Below are positions 1 to 8,518 of a stretch of 32,000 nucleotides of DNA, piece after piece (position 1 is the first letter of the stretch; each line of letters starts with the position of its first letter). The notes beneath the pieces were generated by a model. That model saw only the letters and a program-made list of their open reading frames with translations, had not been told where the DNA came from and searched no databases. Both the position numbers and the translations under genes were made by a program. The DNA is from Delftia acidovorans NBRC 14950 (lineage in GTDB: Bacteria > Pseudomonadota > Gammaproteobacteria > Burkholderiales > Burkholderiaceae_C), in contig NZ_BCZP01000029.1 in assembly GCF_001598795.1 (NCBI RefSeq), positions 30,001 to 62,000 on the forward strand, in the 5' to 3' direction.

Positions 1-411
1 GGAGAACGGCAGCGACACCGACCCCAGCGCACCCACGCCCAGGCTGGCCGAGTTGGCGCTCTTCTTCAAGGTATAGCGGTCCTGCAGCGCCGTGACAAAG
101 CCGATGCTGACCTGGCCATCGGCCGTCTCGGGCACGCAGACCACGCGGATGTTCATCTGCAGGTTCAGTTCGGGATCGGGCTGGAAGCTCTTGCTGCCCT
201 CTATGAGTTCGGCCGTGCGCGCCATGGCGATGTAGCCCTGGCTCAGCAGCGCGCGGCGCGCGGCCTCGCAGGTCTGGGCTGGCGAGGCATCGAACATGCG
301 CGAGAAGGTCTCGGTGGAGCCGAAGCTCTCCTGCACGGGCACATGCTGGGGAATGGTCGAGCCGCAGCCCGCAAGCATTGCAATGATGGCCAAAGCTCCC
401 GCGTAGCGCAT
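1..411 (-). CDS. Putative lipoprotein; N-terminal 137 codons only, C-terminus runs off the left window edge (possibly DUF2242-like, unsure)
   Basis: My own translation of the minus strand from the ATG (complement of 409-411) gives MRYAGALAIIAMLAGCGST..., a signal peptide with lipobox LAGC. The frame stays open to position 1 with GC-rich third codon positions. It is absent from the ORF track because it is truncated. Confidence 0.6.
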   Translation of the reverse strand, partial: MRYAGALAIIAMLAGCGSTIPQHVPVQESFGSTETFSRMFDASPAQTCEAARRALLSQGYIAMARTAELIEGSKSFQPDPELNLQMNIRVVCVPETADGQVSIGFVTALQDRYTLKKSANSASLGVGALGSVSLPFS

Positions 412-743
412 GCCACGCACCCTGTTTGCTGCACTCCAACGTCGATACACGAACCTGCTCCTTGCTCCGGCGCCGCAGCCTGCGGATGGCATGGCGGCTG
501 GCCGCCTATTCTCACCTGAGCGCAACGCATCGGCCGGCAACTTTGCAGCAATCCGTTTTTTCCGCCTGCATCAAATAGATGCAAAGGAATGTGAATAGCG
601 CCCCGTTCTGACAGGCGCCGCCGCGCATCTGCGTTATGGTGCCCCGGTTCGGCCAGGGCCGGCGCGGCACATGCCGCGCCAGGGCTGCCACCAGCCCGCC
701 GCGCCTGAGCCTGTCTCCGTACCCATCAACCAAGGAATTCAAC

Positions 744-1586
744 ATGAAGCCAAGCTGGACCTGGTGCCTGCCCGTGATCGTCACCATGGGGCTCGGCGCC
801 TGCAGCCATATCGACAAGGGTGGCAATGCCGAAGAAGGCGCCAAGACCCAGGCGTCGGCCCCTGCCGGCCCACCCGGTGATGCCCAATCGCTGACCGCCT
901 ACCACTGGAATCTTCGCCAGGCCTTCACGCCCCAGGGCACCGAAGACCAGAGCTGGTTCCTGACCGCCGCCTCGCGCAAGCGGCCCCTGCAACTGGAATT
1001 TGCCGACCAGCGCCTGGCCGTCAAGAACCTGTGCAACGTGGTGACCACTGGCTACCGCACCGAAGGCAACCGCATCGCCACCCAACGCGCCGCCAGCACG
1101 CTGATGGCCTGCGATGACGACCAACTGATGGCGCTGGAGCAAAAGGTGGCCCGCATCCTGCCCACGGCCAAGCAATGGTCCGTGCAACTGGGCGAAGGCA
1201 AGCAGCCTGCGCGCCTGACGCTCACCTTCATCGATGGCACGCGCTGGCAGTTCGACGGCTCGCCCACGGCCCAGACCCAGTACGGCAGCGTCGGCGAGCG
1301 CATCTTCCTGGAAGTGGCACCCCAGCGCACGGCCTGCAATCACCCGCTGATCAAGGACTTCCAGTGCCTGCGCGTGCGCGAGATCCGCTACGGCGACAAC
1401 GGCGTGAAGACCTCCACCGGCGAGTGGGAGAACTTCTACAGCGAGATCGAGGGCTACAAGCACGAACCCGGCATCCGCAACGTGCTGCGCATCCAGCGCT
1501 ACAAGCGCCAGAACGTGCCCGCCGACGCATCGGCCTACGCCTATGTGCTGGACATGGTGGTCGAGAGCGAGCGCGTAGGCCGCTGA
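744..1586 (+). CDS. Lipoprotein with META (HslJ-like) domain and C-terminal DUF4377-like domain
   Basis: Internal ATG at 744 is preceded by AAGGA (732-736). N-terminus MKPSWTWCLPVIVTMGLGAC has a signal peptide and lipobox. The C-terminal CNHPLIKDFQCLRVREIRYGDNG...WENFYSEIEGYKHEPG block is typical of DUF4377. The upstream part of ORF 636..1586 is Arg/Pro-rich and unlikely to be translated. Confidence 0.8.
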   Translation: MKPSWTWCLPVIVTMGLGACSHIDKGGNAEEGAKTQASAPAGPPGDAQSLTAYHWNLRQAFTPQGTEDQSWFLTAASRKRPLQLEFADQRLAVKNLCNVVTTGYRTEGNRIATQRAASTLMACDDDQLMALEQKVARILPTAKQWSVQLGEGKQPARLTLTFIDGTRWQFDGSPTAQTQYGSVGERIFLEVAPQRTACNHPLIKDFQCLRVREIRYGDNGVKTSTGEWENFYSEIEGYKHEPGIRNVLRIQRYKRQNVPADASAYAYVLDMVVESERVGR

Positions 1587-1611
1587 GCGCGCCTGCCTCC
1601 CAACAGCCCTG

Positions 1612-1641
1612 AAGGCCTGCTTTGCGCAGGCCTTTTTCTTT
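1612..1641 (+). terminator. Rho-independent terminator between convergent genes
   Basis: Perfect 9-bp stem AAGGCCTGC (1612-1620) / GCAGGCCTT (1626-1634) with 5-nt loop TTTGC, followed by TTTTTCTTT. It lies 26 nt after the stop of the META lipoprotein gene and 7 nt before the cls stop. Confidence 0.65.
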
Positions 1642-1647
1642 GCAGGC

Positions 1648-3096
1648 TCACAGCACCGGGCTCAGCATTGCCAGCAGGTTGTTCCAGATGCGGCGGCCCC
1701 AGTGCCAGGCGTGGACCTGGGCGGCCGTGATGCGGTCGGACTGGCGAATATAGTCGCCCTGGCGCTGGCGGATGGCGCGGGTCACGGCCTCGTCCTGCAG
1801 CAGCACGTTGTTCTCGAAGTTCAGGTCGAAGCTGCGCAGGTCCAGGTTGGTGGAGCCCACAAGGGCCACCTGCCCGTCCACGCACAGGGTCTTGGCATGC
1901 AGCAGGCCGGGGCGGAATTCATGGAGGATGACGCCGGCCCGCAGCAGGTAGCGGTAGGTGCTGCGGCTGGCCGCGCCCACGATCCAGGAATCGTTGCGCG
2001 CCGGCAGGATGAGCGTGACCTGCACGCCGCGCCAGGCGGCGGCGCACAGGGCCTCCAGCACCGTGGCATCGGGGATGAAATAGGGCGTGGAGATCACCAC
2101 TTCGCGCCGCGCACTGGCCAGCAGGGTGGACACCAGCTGCGAGGTGGAGCGCGGCCGCTCGGCCGGGCCTTCGGCAATGACGACGGCGGCAAAGCCTTCG
2201 GCGGGCATGTCGGCCGGCCCCGCTTCGGGTTGGGCGGCCAGGGGCATGGACAGTCCATGGTCTGCGCTGCGCGCCTGCGCCCAGTCGCTGGCAAAGACCT
2301 GCTGCATCTGCGCCACCACCGGGCCTTGCAGGCGCAGCATGATATCGACCCAGGGCGCGTAGCGGGCCTTGACGGCGAAGGCCTCGTCCGCGCAGTTCTG
2401 GCTGCCGCAATAGGTGATGGCACCATCGATCACGGTGATCTTGCGGTGGTTGCGCAGGTCCAGCCGGCTGGTGAACATCACCCTGAACGGGTGGCTGGCC
2501 GGCAGGGCCACGGCCAGTTGCACACCGGCCTGCGCCATCTGCTGCCAGAGGTCGGAGCGCAGCAGCGCGCGCGAGCCCAGCCCGTCCACCATGGCGCGGC
2601 AGACCACGCCACGCCGGGCCGCGCGCACCAGCGCCTGGGCCACGGCCGTTCCCGTGTCATCGGCCAGCCAGATGTAGTAGAGCACGTTGATCTCGTGCCG
2701 GGCGGCCTCCATGTCGGCCAGCATGCGAGCGCGGGCCTGGGCACCATCGGCCATGAGCTGCGCGGCGTGGCCCGGCTGTACGGGAAAGCGGTTGATGGAC
2801 GCCGCATAGCCAAAGGCCGCCTGCCATTGCGGCGCGATGCCCGCCACCGGCACGCCGCTGCCCGTGACCGGGGCGCCGTGCGCAAAGTCCTGCACCTTGC
2901 GGTACCGGGCCCGGCCTCGGCGGCGCAGCGTCACCTCGCCAAACAGGTAGTACAGCGCGCAGCTCGCATAGGGGAGCAGCACGATGACGGTGAGCCAGCC
3001 CATGCGCACGTCGGGCCGCACATCGTCGCGCAGCAGGATGCGCAGGCCAAAGCCTGCAATGAGCAGCAGATGCAATGCAAGAAACAGCCAGGTCAT
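1648..3096 (-). CDS. clsA: Cardiolipin synthase (phospholipase D superfamily)
   Basis: 482-aa ORF with two N-terminal TM helices and two HKD motifs (HRKITVIDG...GSQN and LHAKTLCVDG...GSTN). This is the architecture of ClsA. Confidence 0.92.
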   Translation of the reverse strand: MTWLFLALHLLLIAGFGLRILLRDDVRPDVRMGWLTVIVLLPYASCALYYLFGEVTLRRRGRARYRKVQDFAHGAPVTGSGVPVAGIAPQWQAAFGYAASINRFPVQPGHAAQLMADGAQARARMLADMEAARHEINVLYYIWLADDTGTAVAQALVRAARRGVVCRAMVDGLGSRALLRSDLWQQMAQAGVQLAVALPASHPFRVMFTSRLDLRNHRKITVIDGAITYCGSQNCADEAFAVKARYAPWVDIMLRLQGPVVAQMQQVFASDWAQARSADHGLSMPLAAQPEAGPADMPAEGFAAVVIAEGPAERPRSTSQLVSTLLASARREVVISTPYFIPDATVLEALCAAAWRGVQVTLILPARNDSWIVGAASRSTYRYLLRAGVILHEFRPGLLHAKTLCVDGQVALVGSTNLDLRSFDLNFENNVLLQDEAVTRAIRQRQGDYIRQSDRITAAQVHAWHWGRRIWNNLLAMLSPVL

Positions 3097-3329
3097 GCAG
3101 CCAGCATAGCCGGGGGCCCTGCGGACGGGATTGCGCGGAAGGGATGTTTCACGGCGGCAAACCTGGATCTGCGCGCGGCCGGCGTCGCCTCAGGTAATGA
3201 ACCGGCATTCCATGAACCCGCCGATGCTTGGATTCAACGATAGTGCACACCCACATTTCAGGAACTTTTCCGCTGCATGACGAAAATGACCGCAGCGTGA
3301 CGGTTATGCCCAGCGACTGTGGGCCTGCC

Positions 3330-3352
3330 TGTGGACAAGCTTCGGGACAACC
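3330..3352 (+). promoter_or_regulatory. Phased direct repeat TGTGGACAAGC-TTCG-GGACAACC (contains DnaA-box-like TTGTCCACA on the complement)
   Basis: Complement of 3330-3338 is TTGTCCACA, one mismatch from TTATCCACA. The same 20-bp bipartite arrangement is seen at 16630-16649 and 16937-16956. It lies in the 366-bp gap upstream of cls. Confidence 0.35.
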
Positions 3353-3392
3353 CTGCATTGCCGCGCCAGCCATGGGTTTGCCGCAGGCGCTG

Positions 3393-3406
3393 AAAAAACA
3401 GGCAGA
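3393..3406 (+). promoter_or_regulatory. AAAAAACAGGCAGA motif copy
   Basis: Identical 14-mer at 16847-16860. Near-identical copies at 17020-17033 (+) and 16703-16718 (complement). Confidence 0.3.
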
Positions 3407-3462
3407 TCGCGCAGATGCCGCAATGTTTCACGCGGCCGGGCTGCGCCGTGCAGGCAGGCGCC

Positions 3463-3810
3463 TCAACGGAAGCGGAAACGGCCTTCGACGAACATGGACG
3501 AGCGGTGGCCGCCCTCGCTGGCCGGGTCGGCAAACGACCAGAAGGCCTGCACCGTGCCCTGGGCCGTGTCGATGACCTGGCTGACGGTGAAGCCCGTTTT
3601 CTCGATCCAGTTGAGGAAGTGCAGGCTGTCGCTGACCTGCAGGTAGCTGAGCCGTTCGCAGCCATCGGATACATGGCCCAGGGAATCGACCACATGCCAG
3701 ACCATCTGGCCTTGCGGCGTGTACCGCACATCAGCCTTGCTGTCGGGGAAGTCGATGACCGCTTCGCGCCCGATCAAGGTGCCGGCGTATTGCATGGACA
3801 ACATGGACAT
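3463..3810 (-). CDS. Small calycin-like protein, tentatively MoaF-related (function uncertain)
   Basis: Start chosen at MSMLSMQYAG (complement of 3808-3810), preceded on the coding strand by AGAGGAG with 8-nt spacing. 115 aa with normal composition. Resemblance to MoaF-type proteins is from memory only. The longer ORF 3463..3981 has an Arg-rich, unlikely N-terminus. Confidence 0.55.
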   Translation of the reverse strand: MSMLSMQYAGTLIGREAVIDFPDSKADVRYTPQGQMVWHVVDSLGHVSDGCERLSYLQVSDSLHFLNWIEKTGFTVSQVIDTAQGTVQAFWSFADPASEGGHRSSMFVEGRFRFR

Positions 3811-3849
3811 GGTGTGTTGCTCCTCTGATGCGGGGTTCTGGCCTGACCC

Positions 3850-5274
3850 GTGATGGCATATTCTCGCGCCGCGCCGCGGGTGTTTGTGGGAGCAGACCGC
3901 ATGCCTTCGTCGGCAGCGTGGAGCGGGCACAACGGCCAGCAAGGCGCCGGCATTTCGCAGATACTGCGCGTGCTCCTCCACGGATATCCGATCTTGCCCT
4001 CCTCCCCGCTTCCCCCCTCATCGGCCGACAGCCCCGCTGCCGGCCTGCGCAGCAGCGCCTTCGTCCCCTTCGTCATGGCGCGCATGCTGTCCATGTTCGC
4101 CCAGCAGATGCAGGCGGTGGTCGTGGCCTGGCAGGTGTATGACCTGACGCGCGACCCCATGTCCCTGGCCTACGTGGGACTGGCCCAGTTCCTGCCCATG
4201 CTGGCGCTGCTGATTCCGGCCGGCGACCTCAGCGACCGCATGAGCCGCAAGCGCCTGCTGTCGGGCAGCTGGACCGTGGCCGCCCTGTGCTCCCTGCTGC
4301 TGCTGTGGCTGTCCTGGCACGAGGGCGCGGCCGCGCACGATGTGCACTGGATCTATGCCGTGCTGGTGCTGTTCGGCTGCAGCCGCGCCTTCACGGGGCC
4401 GGCCCTGCAAAGCCTGCTGCCGCAGATCGTGCCGCGCGAGCAGTTGGCCCAGGCGCTGGCCACCAACAGCATGCTGATGCGCACGGCCGCCATTGCGGCG
4501 CCTGTGCTGGGCGGAGTGCTCTACGCCTGGGGCGGCGCCGTGCTGACCTATGCGGTCTGCGGCGTCTCCCTGGTGCTGGCCGTGCTGCTGCTGGGCACAG
4601 TGCCCGTGCGCTTTGCCGGGGCCATGGCGCCGGCGGGCGGCTCGCTGTGGCAGCGCTTTGGCGAAGGCATCCATTTCATCCGCACGCGCCCCATCATCCT
4701 GGGCACGATTTCGCTGGACCTGTTCGCCGTGCTGCTGGGCGGCGTGGTGGCCCTGCTGCCCGTGTATGCGCACGAGGTGCTCAAGGTCGGCCCCGAAGGC
4801 CTGGGCCTGCTGCGCTCGTCCATGACCGTGGGCGAGGTGGCCATGGGCCTGTGGCTGTCGGCCCGTCCCATCCAGCGCCATGTGGGCCGCGTGATGTTCG
4901 CCGCCGTGGCCATCTTCGGCGTGGCCAACCTGGTGTTTGCGCTGTCGCACTGGTTCTGGCTGTCCATGGCCGCCCTGATGCTGGCCGGCGCGGCCGACAT
5001 GGTGAGTGTCTACATCCGCTCGGCCCTGGTGCAGTTTTCCACGCCCGACTCCATGCGCGGGCGCGTGAACGCGGTGAACATGCTGTTCATCGGTTCGTCC
5101 AACGAACTGGGCGAATTCCGCGCCGGCACCAGCGCCGCCTGGCTGGGCGCCGTGCCGGCTGCCGTGGTGGGCAGCCTGTGCACGCTGGGCGTGGTCGGCA
5201 GCTGGATGACCCTGTTCAAGCCGCTGCGTGATGTGGACCGGCTGGAAGACGCGGCCCGCGTGGGCCAGGGCTAA
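3850..5274 (+). CDS. MFS transporter (EntS/MFS_3-like); start uncertain (GTG 3850, ATG 3853 or ATG 3901)
   Basis: About 12 predicted TM segments. The N-terminal region FVMARMLSMFAQQMQAVVVAWQVYDLTRDPMSLAYVGLAQFLP is typical of this MFS subfamily. Ala/Leu/Gly-rich membrane composition throughout. Confidence 0.85.
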   Translation: MMAYSRAAPRVFVGADRMPSSAAWSGHNGQQGAGISQILRVLLHGYPILPSSPLPPSSADSPAAGLRSSAFVPFVMARMLSMFAQQMQAVVVAWQVYDLTRDPMSLAYVGLAQFLPMLALLIPAGDLSDRMSRKRLLSGSWTVAALCSLLLLWLSWHEGAAAHDVHWIYAVLVLFGCSRAFTGPALQSLLPQIVPREQLAQALATNSMLMRTAAIAAPVLGGVLYAWGGAVLTYAVCGVSLVLAVLLLGTVPVRFAGAMAPAGGSLWQRFGEGIHFIRTRPIILGTISLDLFAVLLGGVVALLPVYAHEVLKVGPEGLGLLRSSMTVGEVAMGLWLSARPIQRHVGRVMFAAVAIFGVANLVFALSHWFWLSMAALMLAGAADMVSVYIRSALVQFSTPDSMRGRVNAVNMLFIGSSNELGEFRAGTSAAWLGAVPAAVVGSLCTLGVVGSWMTLFKPLRDVDRLEDAARVGQG

Positions 5275-6278
5275 AGCAGCTCGGCCCGCAGCTGCTGCGC
5301 ACTCCTGGGCGACAGCAGGCCGGGCGCCACGTCAAACACGGTCTTGCAGCCCGTCTGCCCCGACTGCCCCGACTGCTGCAGCCTGTGCACGGCGCGCGCA
5401 TAGGCCACGAGCACGCTGGCCGTGAATTCCGGATTGCTGTCCAGCTGCAGGCGGTATTCGATGGAGTGGTGCAGCCCCTGCGAGCTGCGGCCGCTGCGGA
5501 TGACGAATCCGCCATGCGGCATGGCCGCATGGTCACGGGCAAGCTCCTCGGCGCTGATGAAATGCACCGTGGTGTCGTATTCGTCAAAGTAATGCGGCAT
5601 GCCGACGATGGCCTGGCGCACGCCATCGGCATCGGCCCCCTGCTCCAGCACCACAAAGCACTCGCGCCGGTGGCGCTCGCGCGCAGACAGTTCGGGCCGC
5701 ACGCCGCTGCGCACGCGCTGCACGGCCTCGTCCACGGGAATGGTGTACTGCACACCGCCGGCCACACCGGGAATGCGGCGGATGGCGTCCGAGTGCCCCT
5801 GGCTCAGGCCCTTGCCCCAGAAGGTGTAGGTGGCGCCATCGGGCAGCAGGGCCTCGCCCATGAGGCGTTGCAGGGAGAACATGCCCGGGTCCCATCCCGC
5901 CGAGATCAGCGCCGTGGTGCCGGCTGCGCGGGCAGCGGCATCCACCCGGTCGAAATGCTCGGGAATGCGCGCATGGGTGTCGAAGCTGTCCACCAGGCTG
6001 AAATGCGCGGCCAGCGCGGGCGTCTGCTGCGGCAGGTCGTCCTTGGAGCCGCCGCACAGCACCAGCACGTCGATGCCGGCGCGATGGGCCAGCAGGCTGT
6101 CCATGCCGTGCACGGGCGTGCCGGGCTGCAGCGGACACAGCCGGGCCGGATCACGGCGGGTGTAGATGCCGGCCAGCGCCATGTCGGGGTTGCGGGCAAT
6201 GGCGGCCTCCACGCCACGGCCCAGGTTGCCGTGGCCGACGATGGCGATGCGGATGGGAGCGGTGCTGCGATGGTCCAT
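5271..6278 (-). CDS. ddh: meso-diaminopimelate D-dehydrogenase
   Basis: Colinear similarity, as I recall it, to Corynebacterium glutamicum Ddh: IRIAIVGHGNLGRG Rossmann N-terminus, GWDPGMFS, FWGKGLSQGHSDAIRRIPGV, MPHGGFV and DSNPEFTAS. Confidence 0.9.
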   Translation of the reverse strand: MDHRSTAPIRIAIVGHGNLGRGVEAAIARNPDMALAGIYTRRDPARLCPLQPGTPVHGMDSLLAHRAGIDVLVLCGGSKDDLPQQTPALAAHFSLVDSFDTHARIPEHFDRVDAAARAAGTTALISAGWDPGMFSLQRLMGEALLPDGATYTFWGKGLSQGHSDAIRRIPGVAGGVQYTIPVDEAVQRVRSGVRPELSARERHRRECFVVLEQGADADGVRQAIVGMPHYFDEYDTTVHFISAEELARDHAAMPHGGFVIRSGRSSQGLHHSIEYRLQLDSNPEFTASVLVAYARAVHRLQQSGQSGQTGCKTVFDVAPGLLSPRSAQQLRAELL

Positions 6279-6472
6279 GCGGTGTGCTGCGTTGCGTTTG
6301 AGAGGGTTTCAGAAACTCCGGTTCACGCGGCGGCGCAGAACCAGGCGCGATCTTGCATCGCCATCACGCCGCCAGTCGTGCAATGGCAGGCAGCACTGCG
6401 TTGCCCTGCACGGGGGTAGTGCACGGGGGCCTGCATGGGCGGTGGGCGGACAGCGCCTACACTCACGCCCTC

Positions 6473-7342
6473 ATGCTCCAGCCTTCATCCATACCCTCCC
6501 TGGCCCAGCCGCCAGAGCCCGACGACGCGCCGCTGCACATCCTCTGGCGCGACGAGCATCTGGTGGCGGTCTACAAGCCCGCAGGCTGGCTGGTGCACCG
6601 CACGGGACTGGATGCGCACGAGACGCGCTTTGTGCTGCAGACCCTGCGCGACCAATTGGGCTGCCATGTGTACCCCGCGCACCGGCTGGACAAGGGCACT
6701 TGCGGGGTGCTGGTCATGGCCTTGCATGCCCAGGCCGCCCAGCGGCTGGGCCAGGCCTTTGCCGGGCAGGAAATGCGCAAGCAATACCTGGCGCTGGTGC
6801 GGGGCTGGCTGCCGGATGCGGTGGAGGTGGACCACGCGCTCAGGCCCGACGATGCGCCCGAGGACGCGCCAGCCCAGCCCGCCCAGACTTCGCTGCGCTG
6901 CCTGGCGCGCCTGGAGTGGCCCGAGGCCTTTGACCCGCGCCACGCGGCCACGCGGATTTCACTGGTCGAGGCCCTGCCCGCCACGGGCCGGCGCCACCAG
7001 ATACGCCGCCATCTCAAGCATGTGGCCCATCCCATCATTGGCGACGCCACGCATGGCAAGGGGCCGCTGAACCGCTGGTGGGCCGAGCGGCTGGGCCTGC
7101 AGCGGCTGTGGCTGCACGCCCATGCGCTGGAGCTGGCGCACCCGATGACGGGCGAGCCGCTGCGCTTCGAGGCCGACTGGCGGCAACTGGGCCATGTGCC
7201 CGATGTGCAGCACTGGCGAGCGCTGTGTGCCCTGCCCGGCTGGCAGGCCTGTGCGGGCCTGCCGGCGACGGCACGGCCGGATCAGACAGCTACGGCAGGC
7301 GCGCCCGTTTCAGGCTGCTCCATCAGCGGCGCTGCCACGTAG
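6473..7342 (+). CDS. truC: tRNA pseudouridine(65) synthase TruC-like (RluA family)
   Basis: ILWRDEHLVAVYKPAGWLVHR...HRLDKGTCGVLVMAL...KQYLALVRGW aligns with the E. coli TruC N-terminal half, including the catalytic HRLD motif. Start set at ATG 6473. The last ~35 aa have no recognisable homology. Confidence 0.85.
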   Translation: MLQPSSIPSLAQPPEPDDAPLHILWRDEHLVAVYKPAGWLVHRTGLDAHETRFVLQTLRDQLGCHVYPAHRLDKGTCGVLVMALHAQAAQRLGQAFAGQEMRKQYLALVRGWLPDAVEVDHALRPDDAPEDAPAQPAQTSLRCLARLEWPEAFDPRHAATRISLVEALPATGRRHQIRRHLKHVAHPIIGDATHGKGPLNRWWAERLGLQRLWLHAHALELAHPMTGEPLRFEADWRQLGHVPDVQHWRALCALPGWQACAGLPATARPDQTATAGAPVSGCSISGAAT

Positions 7343-8274
7343 GCGTAGTCGGCCGAGGCATCGGCCTTGAGCACGCCAGACAGCAGCTCCACCAGGCGCT
7401 CGTTGCCCATCTTGAAGCCGCAGGCCTGGGCATGGCCACCGCCGCCAAAGCTCTCGGCCAGCGGTATGCAGTTGAACTCCGAGCGCGAGCGCAGGCCGAT
7501 CTTCACGCCCTTGGTGCTGGCATGCCACATCAGCGCGAAGCTGCCGCTCTGGCGTGCCAGCAGGTCGCCGACCTGGCTGTGGAACATGCCGGGGCAGTTG
7601 ACCATCAGCCCTTGCATGCCGTTGAAGACCAGGGGCTGGGCCGCCTCGGAAATGTCGGCGCACAGCTTCTGGAATTTCTCGTCCATGGCGCCGCCGCGTG
7701 CCATGAAGGCGGCTTCCTGCTCGGGCGTGAAGGCCGCGATCTCGGCCCAGCGCTCGAAGCTGCGCGGCTCCATGTCCAGCGCCGCGAGAAAGCCCGCGCT
7801 CTCGGCGAATTCCCACTTCCAGATGTCGCGGTCCTCGATGAAGCGGATCAGGCCGGGCACGGGCTTGTCGGCCTGGAAGAACTCCCAGGCCAGGCGCGCG
7901 CCGGACTTGTTCATGTCGAAGTGCACGACGCCGCAGCGGCACTGGTAGCCGCTCAGCTTTTCGGCAGCGCTCTTGTGGTGGTCCAGCACCACGAGCTTGG
8001 CCACGCGCGACTCGATCTCGGCCATGAGCTCGGGCTCGAAGGCGAAGTCCAGCACGTAGACGGCGCGGCCGGCCAGCTCGCCCAGGTCGTCGGCCTTCTG
8101 GATCTCGCCATGGTCCAGGCCCCGGAATTCAGCCTGCCCGCCGTAGTACAGCCAGGCCGCCAGCGCCGCGCCGTAGCCGTCCGGGCAGCGGCGGCCGTGG
8201 TAGAGGATCAGGGGCTGGGGATCGTCATGCTCGGGGCGCACGAACAATTGCAGGGGCAGGATGGTGTTTTTCAT
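7282..8274 (-). CDS. DHH-family phosphoesterase (DHH/DHHA1; NrnB-like oligoribonuclease or cyclic-nucleotide phosphodiesterase class)
   Basis: Start at MKNTILP (complement of 8272-8274). Carries the DHH motif VVLDHHKS and the DHHA1 motif GGGGHAQACG. The upstream extension of ORF 7282..8430 is Pro/Arg-rich and unlikely to be translated. Confidence 0.85.
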   Translation of the reverse strand: MKNTILPLQLFVRPEHDDPQPLILYHGRRCPDGYGAALAAWLYYGGQAEFRGLDHGEIQKADDLGELAGRAVYVLDFAFEPELMAEIESRVAKLVVLDHHKSAAEKLSGYQCRCGVVHFDMNKSGARLAWEFFQADKPVPGLIRFIEDRDIWKWEFAESAGFLAALDMEPRSFERWAEIAAFTPEQEAAFMARGGAMDEKFQKLCADISEAAQPLVFNGMQGLMVNCPGMFHSQVGDLLARQSGSFALMWHASTKGVKIGLRSRSEFNCIPLAESFGGGGHAQACGFKMGNERLVELLSGVLKADASADYAYVAAPLMEQPETGAPAVAV

Positions 8275-8518
8275 GATGGGGGCGATTGTCGGTCCTGGCG
8301 CCATTCCCCTGCACTTGCTCCAGCGCCCGGGCACCCTGGGCAGCCGGGCATTGCGCGGGCTGCTCGCAAGGAACGTAGCGCAAAGCCTGGGCAGCACAAG
8401 GCCTATCACCCCGGCAGGCGCCGCAGGCAAACCCCAGGACCTATCATGTCCGCCTTGTCATTGAATTGCTGCGACCGCCTGCGGACCCGCTGGGCGTGCA
8501 GGCCGCCGCGGCCCCTGT

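Noticed and set aside
3149-3575. ORFs 3228..3575 (+) and 3149..3373 (-) in the cls upstream gap
   Set aside because: No Shine-Dalgarno sequence, atypical codon usage with low third-position GC in part, overlap with the end of the MoaF-like gene, and no recognisable domain.
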